Assembly: GCA_041605395.1 (NCBI GenBank) | Contig: JBFIYM010000003.1 | Coordinates: 1 to 56,111, forward strand | DNA from: Myxococcota bacterium | GTDB lineage: Bacteria; Myxococcota_A; UBA9160; UBA6930 | Length of the DNA stretch: 56,111 nt | Direction: 5' to 3' | In this document: in pieces, positions 27,870 to 37,660 of the stretch | How the letters are laid out: each line of letters opens with the position of its first letter | Position numbering within the stretch: position 1 is the first letter of the stretch | Translations under genes and position numbers: made by a program | The notes under the pieces: model-generated | What the model was told of the DNA's origin: nothing | Database searches by the model: none | Seen by the model: only the letters and a program-made list of their open reading frames with translations

Positions 27870-29315
27870 CTAGGGGAAGATCCCCAACTCCGCGTAGGCG
27901 GAGCCGACGCGTTCGACGGCCAGCACCCAGGCTGCGGTGCGAAGGTCCGGGAGCTGCCGTTCGCGCCAGCAGCGGTGGATCTGCTCGTAGCTGCGCGCGA
28001 GGGTGTTCTCGAGGGCGCTGGTCACGAAGTCGATCTCGTCGGGCGAGCGCGACAACCACGCGAGCCCCTCCGAAGACAGCCCCTCGGCCGACCCCGTCGC
28101 CTCCGGACGCAGGGCGCTCAGCTTCTGTAGGACTGCGAGCAGACGCTCGTTCGCCATCTGCTGATAACGGCGCGTCATCCGCTCGAAGCTGATGTGCGAG
28201 AGGTTCTTGACCCACTCGAAGTACGAGACCACCACGCCGCCTGCGTTCGCAAAGATGTCCGGGATGACGACCTTGCCGGCCTCGCGCAGCAGCACGTCGG
28301 CTTCCGCTTCGACCGGGCCGTTCGCCCCTTCGGCGATGATCTTCGCTCGGATCCGCGGCGCATTGGCCGGCACGATCTGCCCCTCGAGCGCGGCTGGCAC
28401 GAGGATGTCGCACTCCTGCTCGAGAAGTGCCGCCGGATCAGCGAGGTAGGTCGCGCCCGGGGTGCCGTCCAGCGAGCCGGTCTCCCGCCTGCGCGCGAGG
28501 GCGGCGTCGGGATCGAGGCCGTCGGCGCTGTAGATCGCGCCATCGCTCACGGAGACGCCCACCACGATCGCCCCACGCTCCGAAGCCGACCGAGCTGCGT
28601 GGAGCCCCACCTTGCCGAGCCCGTGCACGATCACGCGCTTGCCGGCGAGCCCGGGCGTGAGCCCGAGGGCCTTCACGTCCTCGGGCACTGCGAGGAACTG
28701 CTCGAGTGCCATCACCACGCCGAGGCCGGTCGCCTGGACCCGCCCAGGCAGGCCATGCATGGAGATCGACTTGCCCGTGACGCAGGCGAGCGCGTTCAGC
28801 CGGTCCTGGCCGAAACTCTTGTAGGTGTCGTAGATCCAGCCCATCTCGCGCTCGCCGGTGCCGACGTCCGGGGCGGGCACATCTACGTCGGGCCCGATGA
28901 AGCGCTTCTCGATCAGCTCACTCGTGTAGCGACGTGTCACGCGCTCGAGGAAGGCGGCGTTGCGCTTACGGGGATCGACGCATACGCCACCCTTGGCCCC
29001 GCCGAAGGGCACGTCCACGAGCGCGCACTTGTAGGTCATCAAGGCCGCGAGCCCCATGACCTCGTCCTGCGAGACGTCGAGGCTGTAGCGGATGCCGCCC
29101 TTGGTCGGCAGCCGGTGGTGGCTGTGCTCGGCGCGGTACGCCTGGACGATCTCGAGCTTCCCGTCGTCGTCGTAGACCGGGAACTCCATCCGGTAGACCG
29201 CGTTGCACGCGCGCACCTGCGCGAGCACGCCAGTGTCGACCGAGGTGTGCTGCGCTGCCCGGTCGAAGTGGCGGTTCACATCCTCGAAGAATCCGACGCG
29301 TGCCGGGTCGTTCAT
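27870..29315 (-). CDS. gdhA: Glutamate dehydrogenase
   Basis: PTKGGIRY, MTYKCA, GGAKGG, DVPAPD, EGANGP, PDIFANAGGVVVSYFEW. Confidence 0.92.
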   Translation of the reverse strand: MNDPARVGFFEDVNRHFDRAAQHTSVDTGVLAQVRACNAVYRMEFPVYDDDGKLEIVQAYRAEHSHHRLPTKGGIRYSLDVSQDEVMGLAALMTYKCALVDVPFGGAKGGVCVDPRKRNAAFLERVTRRYTSELIEKRFIGPDVDVPAPDVGTGEREMGWIYDTYKSFGQDRLNALACVTGKSISMHGLPGRVQATGLGVVMALEQFLAVPEDVKALGLTPGLAGKRVIVHGLGKVGLHAARSASERGAIVVGVSVSDGAIYSADGLDPDAALARRRETGSLDGTPGATYLADPAALLEQECDILVPAALEGQIVPANAPRIRAKIIAEGANGPVEAEADVLLREAGKVVIPDIFANAGGVVVSYFEWVKNLSHISFERMTRRYQQMANERLLAVLQKLSALRPEATGSAEGLSSEGLAWLSRSPDEIDFVTSALENTLARSYEQIHRCWRERQLPDLRTAAWVLAVERVGSAYAELGIFP

Positions 29316-29324
29316 CGTGCGTCC

Positions 29325-29753
29325 TCAGAAGACGGTGGACGAACCCGGCGCGCCGAGCCGACGGCCTGTGACCTGGTTCGCTACGACGCGAACCCAGACG
29401 TTGTGGACCCCGAGTGCCCAGGGGGCAGGGGGGTGCCCTCCCATCTCTCGGAGCAGCTTGGGCACACGGTCCAGGTCCACCTCGCGTGCCGACCCCCTCA
29501 CGATGACGCTCCACGCCGAGTGCGCGGCTTCATCGATGTGATCGACCTCGAACGCAACGACGGGCTGCTCCAGAGCGAGGCGCTTCGTCCCCTGCTCCAC
29601 CCGAAACACGATGTCTTCTCCCGCCAGCGCATAGTTCACCGGGATCGCGACCGGCCCCTGCTCGTCGACGTACACGAGCCGTCCGACCCGACCCGCGGCG
29701 AGGAGGACGAAGCACTCCGGCCTCGACAGCTCCTCGAGCGCGCGCTGCGTCAC
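29325..29753 (-). CDS. Pyridoxamine 5'-phosphate oxidase-like flavin-binding protein
   Basis: LSRPEC..LL....GRL, P.AIPVNY, VAFEVD, WSVIVRG. GTG overlaps the upstream stop. Confidence 0.85.
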   Translation of the reverse strand: MTQRALEELSRPECFVLLAAGRVGRLVYVDEQGPVAIPVNYALAGEDIVFRVEQGTKRLALEQPVVAFEVDHIDEAAHSAWSVIVRGSAREVDLDRVPKLLREMGGHPPAPWALGVHNVWVRVVANQVTGRRLGAPGSSTVF

Positions 29754-30154
29754 GGCGTCGGCCTCCCCGGCTCCCCGCTCTCGACAGGCAGCCCGGCCGC
29801 CTTCCACGCCGCGAGCCCTCCCTCGAGGTGCAGCACCTTCGGATGGCCGGCGGCGAGGAGGGCCGCCTCGCCCTTCCGCGCGCGCGGGCCCACCATGCAG
29901 TAGAGCGCGACGCCCTCCGGGGCGTCCACCTCGGCGATGCGTTCTGCGACCTCGTCGAAGGGGATGTGGACAGCGCCCGGAATGTGCCCCGCGGCGTACT
30001 CCTCCGCCGTCCGCACGTCGATGACGACCGGCGCGTTGCCGGCCGCCCGCCGGGCCTCGAGCTCGCTGGGCGCGATGCTGGGCGCCTCGGGCTGCGCAGC
30101 GGCAGGCGCGAGCGCGCACAGCATCCAGAAGATCGAGAAGACGATGATGCGCAT
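29750..30154 (-). CDS. Exported rhodanese-like protein
   Basis: Signal peptide, IDVRTAEEYAAGHIPGA, YCMVGPRA, LEGGLAAW. Confidence 0.9.
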   Translation of the reverse strand: MRIIVFSIFWMLCALAPAAAQPEAPSIAPSELEARRAAGNAPVVIDVRTAEEYAAGHIPGAVHIPFDEVAERIAEVDAPEGVALYCMVGPRARKGEAALLAAGHPKVLHLEGGLAAWKAAGLPVESGEPGRPTP

Positions 30155-30199
30155 GAGGGCTCCTCCCGCTTCCGGCCACCCGACCGGGGGCCGCGAAGC

Positions 30200-30424
30200 C
30201 TACGCCGGCGTGTACCAGATCGGCGAGGTGTAGGCGCGGTAGATCGGCGAGGTGTCGGCCCGGTCCTGGACGACCATGGGCGCCTCCCGGCTGACCTCGG
30301 TGCGGAGCCTGGCGGCGTCGTAGGCGGTCCAGCGTGGCGTCGGGATCTCGATGACGCGGCCCTCCCGGGCCCCAGCCGAGAGGCCGACCATCGGGAGCGC
30401 CGACGCGAGCAGGACGCGTTTCAC
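30200..30424 (-). pseudogene. DUF3604-like remnant (signal-like start joined to the C-terminal motif)
   Basis: [15 protein letters not shown]...[19 protein letters not shown] matches my recollection of the extreme C-terminus of long DUF3604 proteins. Only 74 aa are present. Confidence 0.6.
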
Positions 30425-30476
30425 GCGACCACGATGCCATACTCCTCCGCGCCCGGCTCGCGCGAAGGGCTTGGGG

Positions 30477-31379
30477 TCACAGCGCCAGCTGCCAGCTGCC
30501 CAGGACCAGCGCGATGGCGGCGGCTCCCCAGCCCAGCTGTGCGAGGGCGCGCGGCGGGCCCGCGCTGGCGAGCGCGGTACCGAGCCCGAGCACGACGCCC
30601 ACCCCCAGGCCGAACAGGTGGGCGAACACGTCGACGCGCCCCCCGCCCGAGCCCACCATCGCCAGGATTCCGAGCCCGCCCACCAGGGGCAGCAGGGCCA
30701 GCCGCCAGCGGTCGCCGCGCTGCACGCGACGCACGATGCCGAGCCCCGAGAGCAGACCCACCGCACCGAAGACCGCCGTCGACGCGCCGAGCGAGACGTA
30801 GTCCGAAGGGCGCAGGAAGGCGTTGACCGCGTTGCCGCCGGCCCCCGCCAGGATCACGAGGGCCAGAGCGAGGCCGGCGCCCAGGCTGCGGCCCGCGGCC
30901 GCCAGGAAGAAGCTGCCGAAGAGCGCGTTGGCGGTCAGGTGGCCGAGGTCGGCGTGGAGGCAGAGCGCAGTCACCGCGCGCCACAGCTCCCCCGCGCGCA
31001 TCGCGGCGACGTCGGCGCTGCCCCCGGCGAACCAGGGGCTCGCAGCCCGCGCCGGGCCGGTCAGGGCATAGAACCCGATCATGGCGAGGGTGGTGAGCAG
31101 GGCCACGCCGAGCGGCTCCGGCCCGGTGGCCTCGGGCGGGCGGTGGCGTCGACGCCGCGCCAGCGCGGCCTGGCGCGTGGCGACGTCGCGGGCGTAGGCG
31201 ACGAGCTCCGCGTCGGCGCGCGTCGCGTCGGCGCTCGCCACCGTGAGCACGAAGCCTCCGCCATCCTGGAGGACGCGGGACGGGATTCCGGCCGCCGAGA
31301 GCACGAGGCCCCACTCCCGCGCCTCGCCCCCGTTGCGCGAGCGCCGGATCTCCTGCTCGTCGCTCCGCGGCTCCTCCAC
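30477..31379 (-). CDS. Rhomboid intramembrane serine protease
   Basis: [16 protein letters not shown], catalytic [13 protein letters not shown]. The start is uncertain. Confidence 0.88.
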   Translation of the reverse strand: MEEPRSDEQEIRRSRNGGEAREWGLVLSAAGIPSRVLQDGGGFVLTVASADATRADAELVAYARDVATRQAALARRRRHRPPEATGPEPLGVALLTTLAMIGFYALTGPARAASPWFAGGSADVAAMRAGELWRAVTALCLHADLGHLTANALFGSFFLAAAGRSLGAGLALALVILAGAGGNAVNAFLRPSDYVSLGASTAVFGAVGLLSGLGIVRRVQRGDRWRLALLPLVGGLGILAMVGSGGGRVDVFAHLFGLGVGVVLGLGTALASAGPPRALAQLGWGAAAIALVLGSWQLAL

Positions 31380-31431
31380 GGCGGGGAGGCTACTGCCTCG
31401 GATGCGCGCGTCGATCGAACCCGCCCCGGGC

Positions 31432-32247
31432 TCAGGCGTCGACGCGCGAGCCGGGCGGATGGAGCGGCTGGTAGAGCCCGCACTTCTGGCAGCGGTGCCG
31501 CCCCGGTGCGTCCAACCACTTCGTGACACCGCTGCAGCGAACGCACGTCGGCGTGTCGCTGTCCTCGATCTCGGCCTCGGCGAGCGGCGTCGTAGGCTCG
31601 GCGTCGGCGGCGACCTCCTCTGCCACGGGTCGCGCGGGAACCGGCACGGGCAGGGTCCCCGGGTCGATCACGACGCCGGCGGCGATCGCGAGCAGCGAGC
31701 CCGCCACGAACCGCAGCACGTCCGGCCCCGCACCCAGCGTCTCGGGGGCCGAGCCCTGCGCGATGGCGAGCGCCACGAGCGCCGTGATTCCGAGCCGCGC
31801 GCCCAGGGCGCCCGGATGCGCACGGACCCAGACGGTTCCCTTCTCCACGTCGAACAGCTGCATCGCGAGCGGCTCGTTCCAGGAGGCGACGCCGACGCGC
31901 ATCCCGAGGCCGTGAATCAGGACGAGCAGCGAGAAGAACAGCACGGAGCCCGCGCCGCAGACCAGCGTCATGTGCGTGGTCGCACCGAACCAGCTGCCGG
32001 CCTCGTTTCGCAGCTCCGACCGGCCGTACATCTCGGAGGTGCAGCCGTCGAGGTCTCCGATCCCCATCGGCAGCGGATCGGGATCGCCCCGCTTCGAGCA
32101 GAGATGGACGTCGATCACGCCGCCCTGCACCTCGAGCCCCTGCCGCTCGCCGACCAGCCAGCCGTGTCCGAAGAGCGCAGTCGCCATCAACCACGCGCCG
32201 AACGCACAGGCGAGCAGCGCGCCGAGTGTCACGCCGGGGTGTCGCAT
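31432..32247 (-). CDS. Hypothetical membrane protein with C-terminal Zn ribbon
   Basis: About 4 TM segments. C-terminal CVRC...CQKC. Confidence 0.65.
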   Translation of the reverse strand: MRHPGVTLGALLACAFGAWLMATALFGHGWLVGERQGLEVQGGVIDVHLCSKRGDPDPLPMGIGDLDGCTSEMYGRSELRNEAGSWFGATTHMTLVCGAGSVLFFSLLVLIHGLGMRVGVASWNEPLAMQLFDVEKGTVWVRAHPGALGARLGITALVALAIAQGSAPETLGAGPDVLRFVAGSLLAIAAGVVIDPGTLPVPVPARPVAEEVAADAEPTTPLAEAEIEDSDTPTCVRCSGVTKWLDAPGRHRCQKCGLYQPLHPPGSRVDA

Positions 32248-32248
32248 T

Positions 32249-32313
32249 GGCCGACCCTCCCGGGTCGCATGGGCCGACCCTCCCGGTCGCGCATCGACCG
32301 CCTCTCGGGTCGC
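32249..32313. repeat. Three short tandem hairpin units (CGACC...GGTCG)
   Basis: ggccgaccctcccgggtcgcat / ggccgaccctcccggtcgcgcat / cgaccgcctctcgggtcgc in an intergenic gap. Confidence 0.55.
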
Positions 32314-32350
32314 CTTGAGTCGCGACGGACCCAGACTCGGCGAGATCCGC

Positions 32351-33817
32351 TCAGCGCGGCCGGTAGAGCAACGCGGGCCGTACGCGCGCTCCAGTCACCG
32401 GCCAGAAGCGGTCCGGGTCGTCGAAGAGCGCGCGCTCGCGCGCGTAGTGCCGCCCGAGATCCGGCGAGACCGGGAACCAGCCCTCGCTCAGCACGACGGC
32501 CGAGAACCGCTGCTCACGGAGGGCCGTGTCGATCTCGCGTGCGAGGCGGCGCTGGAGCTCCGGACGATCGCTGCGCGCGATGTCCCAGAGCATCACGCCG
32601 TGCGCGTGGCTGCGCTTTCCGGCGGCGCGCGCGAGGTAGCCCTGGTCCGCGATCAACACCTCGCCGGGCATCTCGGCCAGCGTCTCGACCAGCGCCCGGC
32701 CCGCCGCCACGTCCTCGGGCGGCGGCAGCCATCGGCGCGGGTCCTCGGCGAGGCGAACGAGCTGGAGCGCGCAGGCGACGAAGATCGCACTCTCGAGCAG
32801 GCCCGGACGCGAGCGACCCACGGCGAGGGCGGCACTCTCCCGGTGCGCGGAGAGCGCCAGCAGCAGGGCCAGCAGCGCGTACGCCGGCATCAGGTTGTTG
32901 AGGTATCCGCCGGATTGGGCGCGCGCCACGTACGCGGCGCCGATCGCGGCCAGCGCCCAGGCGACGAAGAAGAAGCGCTCCCGACCGCCGGGATCGCGTG
33001 CCGTGCGCCACGCGAAGAGCAGCGCCGCCGCGCAGGCCACGGGAACGGTCGCGAGCAGGTCCGTGGTCCAGAACCCGGTCAGCTTCCAGGCCTCGAGCTC
33101 CCGCTGGGGCTGGAACTCGAAGACGTAGAAGCGGTACCAGCCGCCGCTCAGCGCGTCGAAGGCGAGCGTGCTCGCGACGACGGCGAGCAGGAGCAGGCCG
33201 CCCCAGAGGACACCGCGACGCCAATCGGCGAACAGCAGCCAGAGCGCGACGGGCAGCGCCACCGCAAGCGCCGTCTGCTTGGTGAGGAAGGACAGGAACA
33301 CGAGGAGGGCCGAGGCCGCGACCCCCCCGGCGGAGCGCGCCCCGCGCAGCGTCGCCATGGCGAGGAGCAGGAGGAAGAGGAACAGCGAGTCGACTCGCGC
33401 CAGGTCGTACCAGGCGCCGCTCGCCGCGAAGGCAGCGACGTAGGTGCCGGCCGCCAGCCACCCGGCCCAGTGGCTCCGGGTCTCGCGCCAGGCCACGCCG
33501 TAGAGCACGCCGCAGGCGCCGAGGGTCGCGAGCGCCGAGACGGCTCGGAGCGGGGCGAAGCCCGGGCCGAAGAGCGCGCTGACCGCCGCCGAGACGTAGA
33601 AGTAGAGCGGCGTGTAGATGCACGAGATGAAGTCGAGCGAGGGCCCGACGTAGATCGCCTGCCCGGCTCGGATGCGGGCGACGATCTCCAGGAAGAAGCC
33701 CTCGATCCACTCGAGCTCGAAGGGATGGTCGAGCCGGAGCAGCGCGACCACTGCGAAGCCCAGGATGGCGAGCGCCGAGAGCAGGGAGAGCAGCGTTCTT
33801 GAGGCGGTGCGGATCAT
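32351..33817 (-). CDS. GT-C (ArnT/PMT-like) membrane glycosyltransferase
   Basis: ELEWIEG, IYTPLYFY, WYDLARVDSL, LTKQT. About 11 TM segments. Confidence 0.75.
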   Translation of the reverse strand: MIRTASRTLLSLLSALAILGFAVVALLRLDHPFELEWIEGFFLEIVARIRAGQAIYVGPSLDFISCIYTPLYFYVSAAVSALFGPGFAPLRAVSALATLGACGVLYGVAWRETRSHWAGWLAAGTYVAAFAASGAWYDLARVDSLFLFLLLLAMATLRGARSAGGVAASALLVFLSFLTKQTALAVALPVALWLLFADWRRGVLWGGLLLLAVVASTLAFDALSGGWYRFYVFEFQPQRELEAWKLTGFWTTDLLATVPVACAAALLFAWRTARDPGGRERFFFVAWALAAIGAAYVARAQSGGYLNNLMPAYALLALLLALSAHRESAALAVGRSRPGLLESAIFVACALQLVRLAEDPRRWLPPPEDVAAGRALVETLAEMPGEVLIADQGYLARAAGKRSHAHGVMLWDIARSDRPELQRRLAREIDTALREQRFSAVVLSEGWFPVSPDLGRHYARERALFDDPDRFWPVTGARVRPALLYRPR

Positions 33818-33911
33818 TCGGGCGCCGGGGGCCGGAGCATAGCCTGCGGTCCGATGCGCCGACCGCGGGCCGGCGAGCAGAGCCGCGGCGGATCCGCTAC
33901 TCCCGGCCCGC

Positions 33912-35141
33912 GTGGAGAGCGGCGAGGATGGTCTTCCGGAGCCGAGCCCGCTGACCCGATCGCGCGGCCGACGGATCGCGGCGAACCTGGGGCTCGCGCT
34001 CGGGTCTCTCGCGTTGACGCTGCTCGCGCTCGAGCTCGGCGCCCGGCTGCTGCTCGGCGACGGCTACCTGATCGGCAAGCAGATGCTGACGTTCGAGCGA
34101 CGGCACCACCATGCGCCGGACAACCGCGGCGCGGACTGCTTCCCGTCGAACCCGACCGGGGCGTTCTCCGCCGTGGACCCGAAACGCTGGGACGGGGCGA
34201 TGCTGCTCGAGACGATGCACTACCAGCCGATTCCCCGGGTGCTGCTGCGGCACACGCCCTACTGCGTCGAGTTCACGAACAACCGCTGGGGCTTCCGCGG
34301 CCACGACTTCACGACCGGACGCGCGCCCGACGCCTTCCGCGTGGTCGCGCTCGGAGACTCGTTCACCTATGGCGTCGGCGTCGCGGACGCCGAGACGCTC
34401 CCCGCCCCGCTCGAGACGGTCCTGGCAGAGCGCCAGGGGCGAACGGTGGAGGTCATCAACCTGGGCGAGCCCGGCATCGACACCGCCCGCGAGCTGGAAC
34501 ACCTCCGGAAGCATCGGGCGCTCCGGCCCGACGTGGTCGTGCTCGCCTACGTGTTGAACGACGCGTCGCGCGCGCGCGGCGTGGGGGAGCGGGACGCGGC
34601 TGCCGACCTCGTCATGATCCGGCCCCAGCACCTCGGCACGACGGAACGTTCCTGGAACTCCGCGCTGGTCCGCTTCGTCAGGCATCGGCTCGCCCGTCGC
34701 CGCGCGCATGACCGGACCCTGGCGGCGTATCGGGACGTCTTCGACCCCGAGGTCAACGCCGAAGGTCTCGCCCGGACCGAGGCCGTTCTCGGCGAGCTCG
34801 AGCGCGAGGTCGAGGCGAACGGCGCCGAGCTGCTGGTCGCGCTGTATCCCATCCTCTACCGGCTCGGCGACGACTACCCGCTCGCCGGCGCCCACCGCGC
34901 GCTCGGGGAGATCTTCGACCGGCTGGGGCTCGCGTGGATCGACCTGCGCACGACGGCCTTCACGGGCGAGCGCGCGGAGGCGCTCCACGTGCACCCGCTC
35001 GACCAGCACCCGAACGCACGCGCCCACCGGCTGGCCGCCGAAGCCATCGCCGGCGAGCTGGAACGCCGCGGCATGCTCCAGGCGCGCAACCCGCACGCAG
35101 GTGTGGCACAGCCCGACACGCGCGATCCGAACGCGAGCTAG
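33912..35141 (+). CDS. Membrane-anchored SGNH/GDSL hydrolase
   Basis: LGDSFTYG, VINLG.PG, YVLND, DQHPN. Confidence 0.85.
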   Translation: MESGEDGLPEPSPLTRSRGRRIAANLGLALGSLALTLLALELGARLLLGDGYLIGKQMLTFERRHHHAPDNRGADCFPSNPTGAFSAVDPKRWDGAMLLETMHYQPIPRVLLRHTPYCVEFTNNRWGFRGHDFTTGRAPDAFRVVALGDSFTYGVGVADAETLPAPLETVLAERQGRTVEVINLGEPGIDTARELEHLRKHRALRPDVVVLAYVLNDASRARGVGERDAAADLVMIRPQHLGTTERSWNSALVRFVRHRLARRRAHDRTLAAYRDVFDPEVNAEGLARTEAVLGELEREVEANGAELLVALYPILYRLGDDYPLAGAHRALGEIFDRLGLAWIDLRTTAFTGERAEALHVHPLDQHPNARAHRLAAEAIAGELERRGMLQARNPHAGVAQPDTRDPNAS

Positions 35142-35155
35142 GCGGCACGCGCCGG

Positions 35156-36640
35156 TCAGGCCGTTCGCACCCCGAGCAGGTGCGACGCCAGCCGGGCGAA
35201 GTCCCCGTTGTGCCCGAGCGGCGGGAGCCCGCCCCGGCGCACACCCGGCCCGAGCAGCAGCGCGAAGCCGTCCGGCCGGTGCTCGCCCGTGCGGCCGGAG
35301 TCGGGCACGCCCTCGATCGCGCCGAGCTCGTCGGAGACGGCCCGGTTCGCGGGGTACTGGTCGGTCCAGCGCAGGATGAAGTCGGGCAGCAGGTGCTGCC
35401 GGGCACCGGGCAGTGTCTCCTGCGCGGGCACGACGTCTCGGACGATCGCCTTGCCGCTGCCCTCGGCGCGCAGCCCCAGCAGCCCACGCGTGGCGTGCTC
35501 GACGTAGCGGCGGTGGAGCTCGCTCCCGGGCTCGAGCATGCCGAGGCGCTCGCGCTCTCTCAGGTTGAGGCGGACGAAGCTGAACAGGTCCGAGCGCAGC
35601 GCGAAGCCCGGGGTCCGGCTCCAGTCGAGGCCGCCGGTCACCTCGCGACTCACGACCCAGTCGCGGACCTGGACGGGGACCGAGCGCGCCACGGCGTGCT
35701 GGAGCGGCGCCGGAATCGACTCGCGCAGCCAGCGCATCACCCCGCGCTGGGCCGCGGGCGCGTCCTCCCGGGCCGAACCCTCCTCGCGGAAGCTGGCGTT
35801 GATGCGGTCCATGGCGCGGCGGACGAAGTGCTCCTGCGAGAAGTTGGGCCCCATCCCGTGCAGCGAGAAGACGACGACCGTCGTGTTCTCGTCGACGCCT
35901 TCGAGCAGCGCCCCTACCGCGTCGTCGACGGCCCGGTAGACCTCGAGCAGCGCGCCGGACGGAACGTGCGCATGCGCCGGGACGTCCTCGCGCCACAGGA
36001 TGTGCCCCGCGCGGTGGCACTCGCCGAACACGGTCAGGAAGAAGTCCCACTCGGTCGTGTCCCGGAGCCAACGCGAGAGCCGGCCCTTCGTGGCGGCCCC
36101 CTCCACGCACTCGCGCTGCATCGCCTCGAGCTGGCGGGTGTCCTTGCTGACGGGGATCTCGTAGCCCATCGGGTGGCGGCCGAAGCGACGCCGGATCTCG
36201 CGCCGGAGCCCACCCGGATTCGCCGCGAAGCGGCCGGTCAGGTCGTGCGAGCCCCAGTTGTTGACCTCGACGGCCTCGCGCATCCGGTTCTCGAAGGTGA
36301 ACGGCACGTCCAGCACGGTCACGCCGAGCCCGGCGCGCGCGAGCGCGTACCAGAACGGCTCGCAGTAGAGCCAGTCGCCGTCGACGCGACGCATGCGCAT
36401 CGCGTCGGGGTCCCACTGGATGTGCTGGCTGATCGCGTGATCGCCCGGCCCGAGGCCGGAGTACATCGTGGGCCAGACCGAGGCGCTGACGTACTCGGCC
36501 GTCGAGCGCAGGGGAAAGAAGGCTCCCTCGTCGAAGAGCCGCCGGAACGTGGGCAGCGAGGCCAGCGACGACCGCACCAGGGACAGCTCGCAGGCGTCGA
36601 CGGCGATCATCAGGAGACGCTCTCGCGGGGCTTCGGACAT
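35156..36640 (-). CDS. Alkaline phosphatase superfamily / nucleotide pyrophosphatase-like protein
   Basis: IAVDAC, SASVWPT, HRAGHILW, FSLHGM, TGEHRPDG. Confidence 0.8.
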   Translation of the reverse strand: MSEAPRERLLMIAVDACELSLVRSSLASLPTFRRLFDEGAFFPLRSTAEYVSASVWPTMYSGLGPGDHAISQHIQWDPDAMRMRRVDGDWLYCEPFWYALARAGLGVTVLDVPFTFENRMREAVEVNNWGSHDLTGRFAANPGGLRREIRRRFGRHPMGYEIPVSKDTRQLEAMQRECVEGAATKGRLSRWLRDTTEWDFFLTVFGECHRAGHILWREDVPAHAHVPSGALLEVYRAVDDAVGALLEGVDENTTVVVFSLHGMGPNFSQEHFVRRAMDRINASFREEGSAREDAPAAQRGVMRWLRESIPAPLQHAVARSVPVQVRDWVVSREVTGGLDWSRTPGFALRSDLFSFVRLNLRERERLGMLEPGSELHRRYVEHATRGLLGLRAEGSGKAIVRDVVPAQETLPGARQHLLPDFILRWTDQYPANRAVSDELGAIEGVPDSGRTGEHRPDGFALLLGPGVRRGGLPPLGHNGDFARLASHLLGVRTA

Positions 36641-36687
36641 CGCGAGACGGTACCCCGTTCGTCATCCTCCGGTCCCGGGGGAGCCGT

Positions 36688-37491
36688 GTGAAGGAGGGCA
36701 GCCTCGTCATTCCGGAAGGGGACCGACCCTTCCGGGCGGAGGTGCCGGGCGGGGAGGTGGTGGCCTATCGCCGCGCCGGCCCGGGTCACGCGGAGTGCGA
36801 GGACGCGGCGGCCGTCGTCTCGAGCACGGCGGGGACGCTGCTGCTCGTGGCCGACGGCATGGGCGGGCAGCCAGCCGGGGCGCGCGCGAGCCAGCTGGCG
36901 ATCGAGGAGGTGGCGGCCCGCGTGCTCGCCGAGGTCGGCGAGGGCGGGGAGCTCCGGCACGCGCTGCTCGACGGGATCGAGGCGGCGAACCGGGCGGTCC
37001 GCGCGCTCGGGGTCGGCGCGGGAACCACGCTCGCGGCGATGGCCGTGCGCGCCGACGGACACGCGCGGGCCGTTCACGTGGGCGACTCGGTGGTGCTGCA
37101 CCTCGGCCAGCGCGGCCGGATGAAGGCCAAGACCGTCCCGCACTCGCCCACCGGCCTGCTGGTGGAGGCGGGGACGATCGACGAGGCCGAGGCGCTCCGG
37201 CACGAGGACCGCCACCTCGTCACCAACTACATCGGGCAGGAGGGGATGCGGATCGAGGTCGGCGCCTCGAAGCGCGTGATGCCTCGCGACACGCTGATCG
37301 CGGCGAGTGACGGCCTCGCCGACAACCTCGACCTCGAGGAGATCGTCAACCGGGTGCGGCGGGGCCCGCTGCTCGCCGCCGGGGAGGCGCTCTGCGAGCT
37401 CGCCCGCCAGCGCATGGAGCGGCCGGGGCCGAGCGACCCCTCGAAGCCGGACGACCTGACCTTCCTGCTCTATCGACCCAGCGGCCGGTAG
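36688..37491 (+). CDS. PP2C-family Ser/Thr protein phosphatase
   Basis: CEDA, VADGMGG, GTT, HVGDS, ASDGL, DDLT. Confidence 0.9.
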   Translation: MKEGSLVIPEGDRPFRAEVPGGEVVAYRRAGPGHAECEDAAAVVSSTAGTLLLVADGMGGQPAGARASQLAIEEVAARVLAEVGEGGELRHALLDGIEAANRAVRALGVGAGTTLAAMAVRADGHARAVHVGDSVVLHLGQRGRMKAKTVPHSPTGLLVEAGTIDEAEALRHEDRHLVTNYIGQEGMRIEVGASKRVMPRDTLIAASDGLADNLDLEEIVNRVRRGPLLAAGEALCELARQRMERPGPSDPSKPDDLTFLLYRPSGR

Positions 37492-37660
37492 CCGGCCGGC
37501 GAGCCCGCGGGCCCGGAGCCCAGGGGGCCGTCCCTGCGGGAACCCGGGCGGCACCGGGCGGGCGGCAGGATTGTGCTCCAGGTCTTAGGTTTCATGAGAG
37601 AATGGCCCGGGTCCGCTGGGCAGCTCCGCCCGGGCCCAACGTCAGGAGGACTCTTCCTTC

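Noticed and set aside
24745-27873. Very long ORFs in the track such as 24745-27873 (+), the 5' part of 42922-46248 (+), 49620-52598 (-) and 33897-36710 (-)
   Set aside because: They are antisense or off-frame shadows of well-supported genes. Stop codons are rare in GC-rich DNA, and the translations are Arg/Ala/Gly/Pro-rich with no motifs.
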